Source: an uncultured Roseburia sp. (GTDB lineage: Bacteria; Bacillota; Clostridia; Lachnospirales; Lachnospiraceae). From it: a DNA stretch of 64,000 bases. Where the stretch lies: positions 63,860 to 127,859 of the forward strand of contig CAYPAA010000001.1 of the NCBI GenBank assembly GCA_964408625.1, given 5' to 3'. The translations under genes were made by a program, and so were the position numbers. A model generated the notes under the pieces. The model was not told where the DNA came from and did no database searches. It saw only the letters and a list, made by a program, of their open reading frames with translations. Below are positions 59,761 to 64,000 of this stretch, in pieces (within the stretch, counting starts at the first letter, position 1; each line of letters opens with the position of its first letter).

Positions 59761-60039
59761 ATGGACTCATCTTTTATGAATAATCCGGCATTTCAATCAA
59801 TCCCACCGGAAAAACAAGAATTCTTGAAGAATTTTGCGGCGCAACAGCCAAGTGGCAATGCAAATGATTTAGCAAAACAATTGTCAAGCGCAGCTTTTGA
59901 CGCAAAACAGAAAGGACTCAGTTTTTCCAATATGGAAACAACACTATTGATCAATATGTTGAAACAGAATATGTCTATGGAAGAGCAGCAAAAAGCGGAC
60001 CGCATTATTCAACTTATGAATACATTTCGTCCGCGGTAA
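59761..60039 (+). CDS. Hypothetical protein, translationally coupled to the previous gene
   Basis: RBS GGAGG; MNNPAFQSIPPEKQEFL. Confidence 0.75.
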   Translation: MDSSFMNNPAFQSIPPEKQEFLKNFAAQQPSGNANDLAKQLSSAAFDAKQKGLSFSNMETTLLINMLKQNMSMEEQQKADRIIQLMNTFRPR

Positions 60040-60044
60040 AAAAT

Positions 60045-60086
60045 AAGCCTGCCGCGTTGCACCAAAACAGGCAACGTAGCAGGCTT
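60045..60086. terminator. Bidirectional terminator between the hypothetical gene and leuS
   Basis: AAGCCTGCCGCGTTGC...GCAACGTAGCAGGCTT. Confidence 0.7.
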
Positions 60087-60096
60087 CATATTTTGT

Positions 60097-62523
60097 TTAT
60101 TTTGCAACGATATTGATAATTCTACCCGGAACATAGATTTCTTTGATAATATTTCCGGAAAGCTTATCTCCCAATGCTTTCTTTCCGGCAGCAATCGCAT
60201 CATCCTTTGCAATATCTTTTGCCAGAGAAACCACCGCTTTTGTCTTACCATTGATCTGAACGGCGATCTCAATCTCGTCATCTTCCATCGCTTTCTCATC
60301 ATAAGTCGGCCATTCTGCAGTAAACACAGACTTGTCATTGCCAAGTTCATGATAGAGTTCTTCACTGATATGCGGAGCAAACGGCGCAAGAAGAACAACA
60401 AATGTCTCCAAGGTCTTCTTATCTACCTGTTTGTTCTTTGCCATATCGCACAAATTATTGTTGTGCTCCATAAATGCAGAGATAACGGTATTTAAACTAA
60501 AACTCTCCAAACGTGTCGTGACATCATATACAAGACGATGGCGCTCTTTGATAACCTCCTTTGTCTCAGGTGCATTGTCATCCTTGTGGTCCATCACAAG
60601 GTTCCAGAATCTGGTGAGGAAACGGTAGATACCGTCCATTCCTCTGTCATCCCAAATAGAATCAAGTTCAGGCGGTCCGATAAAGAGTTCATATAATCGT
60701 AAGGAATCACACCCATAATCACGCACAATATCATCCGGTGATACAATGTTTCCGAGAGACTTACTCATCTTTGTCGCTGCTCCGGTCTCCTTGTCACGTC
60801 CGCAAACCATACCCTGATTGAATAACTTCTTAAAAGGCTCATCAAAATCTACAACACCGATGTCGTGTAAGAATTTTGTATAAAATCTGGAATACAAAAG
60901 ATGTAAAACAGCATGCTCAACACCACCGATGTACATATCGACCGGCAGATATTTTTCAGCTTTTTCTTTTGAAACAAGCGCCTCGTCATTCTTGCTATCA
61001 ACATAGCGCAGGAAGTACCATGAAGAGCCCGCCCACTGTGGCATTGTGTTTGTCTCACGCTTTGCAGGCTTTCCACAACACGGACAAGTCGTATTCACCC
61101 ATTCTGTGATGTCGGCAAGAGGCGATTCTCCTGTACCGGTTGGTTGGTACGACTCAACCTCAGGCAATAAAAGCGGAAGCTGCTCTTCCGGAACCGGCAC
61201 AGCACCACAGTCCGGACAATGAATAATCGGAATCGGCTCGCCCCAGTATCGCTGTCTTGAGAATACCCAATCACGAAGCTTGTAATTTGTCGTTTTTTTA
61301 CCAAAGCCCATCTTCTCAATCATTGCAGGCGCTTCTTTTTTTAGAACGGCTGATTCCATACCATCCCAATCGCCGGAATTGATCATCGTACCGGAAGCAT
61401 CTGTATATGCCTCTGTCATGTTTTCGATTTCTTTTCCGTCCCTTGCAATTACCTGAATAATCGGGATATCAAACTTCCTGGCAAATTCAAAGTCGCGGTC
61501 ATCATGCGCAGGTACGCACATAATTGCCCCCGTACCATAATCAGCTAAAACATAATCGGATAACCAAATTGGTGTCTTCGCGCCATTTAAAGGATTGATT
61601 GCATAACTTCCTGTAAACACACCTGTTTTTTCTTTGTCCTGCATTCTATCTACAGATGAGCGAAGTGATGTCTGATAAATATAATCTTCCACCGCTTTTG
61701 CCTGTTCCGGCGTAGCAAGCTTCTTTGCAAGTTCATGCTCAGGAGCCAAAACCATAAACGTTGCACCATATAAGGTATCCGGTCTTGTCGTATAGACGGT
61801 AATCTCTTCTTCCATTCCGTCGACCTTAAAGTTGACTTCGGCACCGTAGCTCTTTCCGATCCACTCCGTCTGCATCTTTTTCACTTTTTCAGGCCAGTCT
61901 AATGTATCAAGATCATCGAGCAAACGATCTGCATACGCTGTAATCTTCAGCATCCACTGCTTTAAGTTTTTCTTCGTAACATCCGCGCCACAGCGCTCAC
62001 ACTTGCCGTTTACGACTTCTTCATTTGCAAGACCTGTCTTGCAGGACGGGCACCAGTTAATCGGCATCTCTTTTTCATATGCCAACCCATTTTTGAACAT
62101 CTGAACAAAAATCCATTGTGTCCATTTATAGTAATTCGGGTCTGTCGTATTGACTTCCATGTCCCAATCATAAATTGCTGAAATTTCATTGATTTGGCGC
62201 TTTATATTTTTCACATTTTCCGCTGTAGAAATAGATGGATGAACCCCATTTTTAATCGCATAATTTTCAGCCGGAAGACCAAACGCATCCCATCCCATCG
62301 GATGAATCACATAATAATTATGCATTACCTTATAACGACTCCAAACATCTGAGATTACATATCCGCGCCAATGTCCGACGTGCAACCCATTTCCGGATGG
62401 ATATGGAAACATATCAAGACAATAATACTTTTCCTTTTTTCCATCGTTGACATTGATCGGGTTCTTTTCCCACTCTTGTCTCCATTTTTTCTCAATCGCT
62501 CTATGATTGTATGGTACTGCCAT
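60097..62523 (-). CDS. leuS: Leucine--tRNA ligase
   Basis: [36 protein letters not shown]; RBS GGAGG. Confidence 0.98.
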   Translation of the reverse strand: MAVPYNHRAIEKKWRQEWEKNPINVNDGKKEKYYCLDMFPYPSGNGLHVGHWRGYVISDVWSRYKVMHNYYVIHPMGWDAFGLPAENYAIKNGVHPSISTAENVKNIKRQINEISAIYDWDMEVNTTDPNYYKWTQWIFVQMFKNGLAYEKEMPINWCPSCKTGLANEEVVNGKCERCGADVTKKNLKQWMLKITAYADRLLDDLDTLDWPEKVKKMQTEWIGKSYGAEVNFKVDGMEEEITVYTTRPDTLYGATFMVLAPEHELAKKLATPEQAKAVEDYIYQTSLRSSVDRMQDKEKTGVFTGSYAINPLNGAKTPIWLSDYVLADYGTGAIMCVPAHDDRDFEFARKFDIPIIQVIARDGKEIENMTEAYTDASGTMINSGDWDGMESAVLKKEAPAMIEKMGFGKKTTNYKLRDWVFSRQRYWGEPIPIIHCPDCGAVPVPEEQLPLLLPEVESYQPTGTGESPLADITEWVNTTCPCCGKPAKRETNTMPQWAGSSWYFLRYVDSKNDEALVSKEKAEKYLPVDMYIGGVEHAVLHLLYSRFYTKFLHDIGVVDFDEPFKKLFNQGMVCGRDKETGAATKMSKSLGNIVSPDDIVRDYGCDSLRLYELFIGPPELDSIWDDRGMDGIYRFLTRFWNLVMDHKDDNAPETKEVIKERHRLVYDVTTRLESFSLNTVISAFMEHNNNLCDMAKNKQVDKKTLETFVVLLAPFAPHISEELYHELGNDKSVFTAEWPTYDEKAMEDDEIEIAVQINGKTKAVVSLAKDIAKDDAIAAGKKALGDKLSGNIIKEIYVPGRIINIVAK

Positions 62524-62579
62524 TTCTTTATCCTCCACTTCTAACAGCATCTTTTTTATCTTTTAAACACACTGTAAAA

Positions 62580-62607
62580 ATTTTATCACACGGGTAAGAT
62601 TTGTCAA
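62580..62607 (-). promoter_or_regulatory. sigma-A promoter of leuS
   Basis: TTGACA, 16 nt, TAAAAT with TG extension. Confidence 0.5.
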
Positions 62608-62630
62608 GAAAAGGACGGCAAAGAATGGAT

Positions 62631-63848
62631 TTAATCATATTGAATACTCTCACAATTAATCATCAAAATTCGGTCAATTGGGTATTTACATGTCCCATTG
62701 CCATCGCTGCCCTCATAGTATTTATAGCTGGCAGTTTCAAAAACAACATAGCAAATGCGATCTTCAATGGAAATTGCTTCCGAACCCGGTGGCAGTTCAA
62801 TGGACAGATTCGGTACAAGGAACTCCTTTTTCAGATGTTCCAAACTTTGAAAACAAAGAAGATGCGATGACTGATTTCGCCCATATGATTGGCTTATCCA
62901 TACACTCCCGTTATCATCAATAAAGATTCCTTGCACTTTCGACGGAATAAGGCATTTTCCCTTCAATTGCATTGAATTATCTTTCAATTCATAACAATAC
63001 AGCACCCCGGGCGAGTAGATTCGATGTGTTGCAACATATAATTTACCATCCTTACAGGTGATACAAGATGGCACATTTTTCACTTTATACTTAAAAAAAC
63101 AATTTGAGATATCCACAAAATTCTGGTTGCTAACCTCAGCAATTTGTTTTATAAACTCATACGAGATACACTCAATTTCTTTCGTATTGGAATGGCATAT
63201 CCAGATATTCTCACCGTCAAAAGCAACACCGCCAAGATGACTTGACGCCTCCATACCAAGTGAAACAACATATTGTCCCGTCATTCTATCATAAAGTGTC
63301 AACGCACCTAATCGATTGTTTTCCAGTGCATAAGAGGATACGATATAATACTCCGGTGTAATGCAAAGTCCTTGCGGACATTGGTATTCTGACGCGAATT
63401 TATCTTCCAATAAATCATCCACCCTCGTCTTTGGATTCCCCGGCGTGTCCAACGCGTACAAAAAATCATATTGCAGTTCCTTTAATATGATATCGGATCC
63501 ATTATTTTCATAGGGATAATCCTGCACATTTTGATTTGCATTGATATCCAAATTCCACTTTGCATAAATAATACGCTGATGCAGGGAATCAATTTGATAA
63601 ATCCGCTGTTTAAAACTTTCATCCAAATACCACCCCGCAAAACTGTACCCTTTTCTTCTCGGATTCTGTAATGTGATTGGCAACTTATCCTCAGAGATTT
63701 GCTGCGGGTTCAAAATGGAATTGTAACCGCCACCAAGTTCGTAATTTAATTCTATTATATAAGAATCTACCTCTTCCGCTGTCGTCCTTGCTGAAAAAAA
63801 CAAGCAACATGCCATTAAAATAAAAAATGATATCCATACCTTTTTCAT
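62631..63848 (-). CDS. Secreted protein with an InlB B-repeat (Flg_new) and a probable beta-propeller
   Basis: Signal peptide; P.RKGYSFAGWY...IYAKW; PQGLCIT, HLGGVAFDG, VQGI and SEAISI blade-like motifs. Confidence 0.75.
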   Translation of the reverse strand: MKKVWISFFILMACCLFFSARTTAEEVDSYIIELNYELGGGYNSILNPQQISEDKLPITLQNPRRKGYSFAGWYLDESFKQRIYQIDSLHQRIIYAKWNLDINANQNVQDYPYENNGSDIILKELQYDFLYALDTPGNPKTRVDDLLEDKFASEYQCPQGLCITPEYYIVSSYALENNRLGALTLYDRMTGQYVVSLGMEASSHLGGVAFDGENIWICHSNTKEIECISYEFIKQIAEVSNQNFVDISNCFFKYKVKNVPSCITCKDGKLYVATHRIYSPGVLYCYELKDNSMQLKGKCLIPSKVQGIFIDDNGSVWISQSYGRNQSSHLLCFQSLEHLKKEFLVPNLSIELPPGSEAISIEDRICYVVFETASYKYYEGSDGNGTCKYPIDRILMINCESIQYD

Positions 63849-63893
63849 AAAATTATTGTATCCACATATAAAGATTTTATCGGGAAAACGGCG

Positions 63894-63936
63894 AACACTT
63901 TAAAGTGTTGACATTAGTCGGTAGAATCGTTACTAT
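63894..63936 (+). promoter_or_regulatory. sigma-A promoter with an overlapping 16-bp palindrome
   Basis: TTGACA (63908), 17 nt, TACTAT; AACACTTTAAAGTGTT at 63894-63909. Confidence 0.7.
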
Positions 63937-63976
63937 TGAAGAGGTCGAAACATTATAGATAAGAGAGGATATTATC

Positions 63977-64000
63977 ATGATTTTGGTTATGAAGGCGCAC
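63977..64000 (+). CDS. 5' fragment of a gene, possibly DAHP synthase (AroF-type)
   Basis: RBS GAGG; MILVMKAH resembles clostridial DAHP synthase N-termini; only 8 codons visible. Confidence 0.4.

Noticed and set aside
62524-62630. T-box riboswitch upstream of leuS
   Set aside because: The leader is too short and has no T-box consensus or terminator.
1-64000. CRISPR arrays, IS elements, tRNA/rRNA genes, defence islands
   Set aside because: No spaced repeats, transposase motifs or structural RNA genes seen; the window is densely filled with core genes.

Overview
Core chromosome of a low-GC, spore-forming Firmicute; gene order and protein features suggest Clostridia, probably Lachnospiraceae. 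No prophage, IS, CRISPR, rRNA or tRNA was seen. The first 4.5 kb (rplU-prp-rpmA-obgE-yhbY-nadD/yqeK-rsfS) is on +. From 4464 onward about 52 genes lie on - and only 6 on +, a convergent strand switch as expected at the replication terminus. At this switch sits a solitary XerS-like tyrosine recombinase. Upstream of it is a symmetric 11-6-11 dif-like site overlapping its own promoter; this is the best candidate for an under-described system (single-recombinase chromosome dimer resolution). The window also holds lexA/yneA-like SOS genes, a ylm/sepF division cluster, an mreBCD-pbp2-minCD-rodA-mgsA-dac operon, mutSL-miaA, phoH-ybeY, folD-fhs-ftsK, glgA, alr-mazF, rex, icd, a small sporulation-type cluster and leuS. 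Several proteins look like pseudoenzymes: MreB with the catalytic Glu replaced by Lys, MgsA with the catalytic Asp replaced by Thr, a PgpH-like protein with HD replaced by YR, and a truncated MinD with no minE. There is also an antitoxin-less MazF behind a forespore-type promoter and an unannotated 43-aa ORF. All family assignments come from motif recognition, not database searches.
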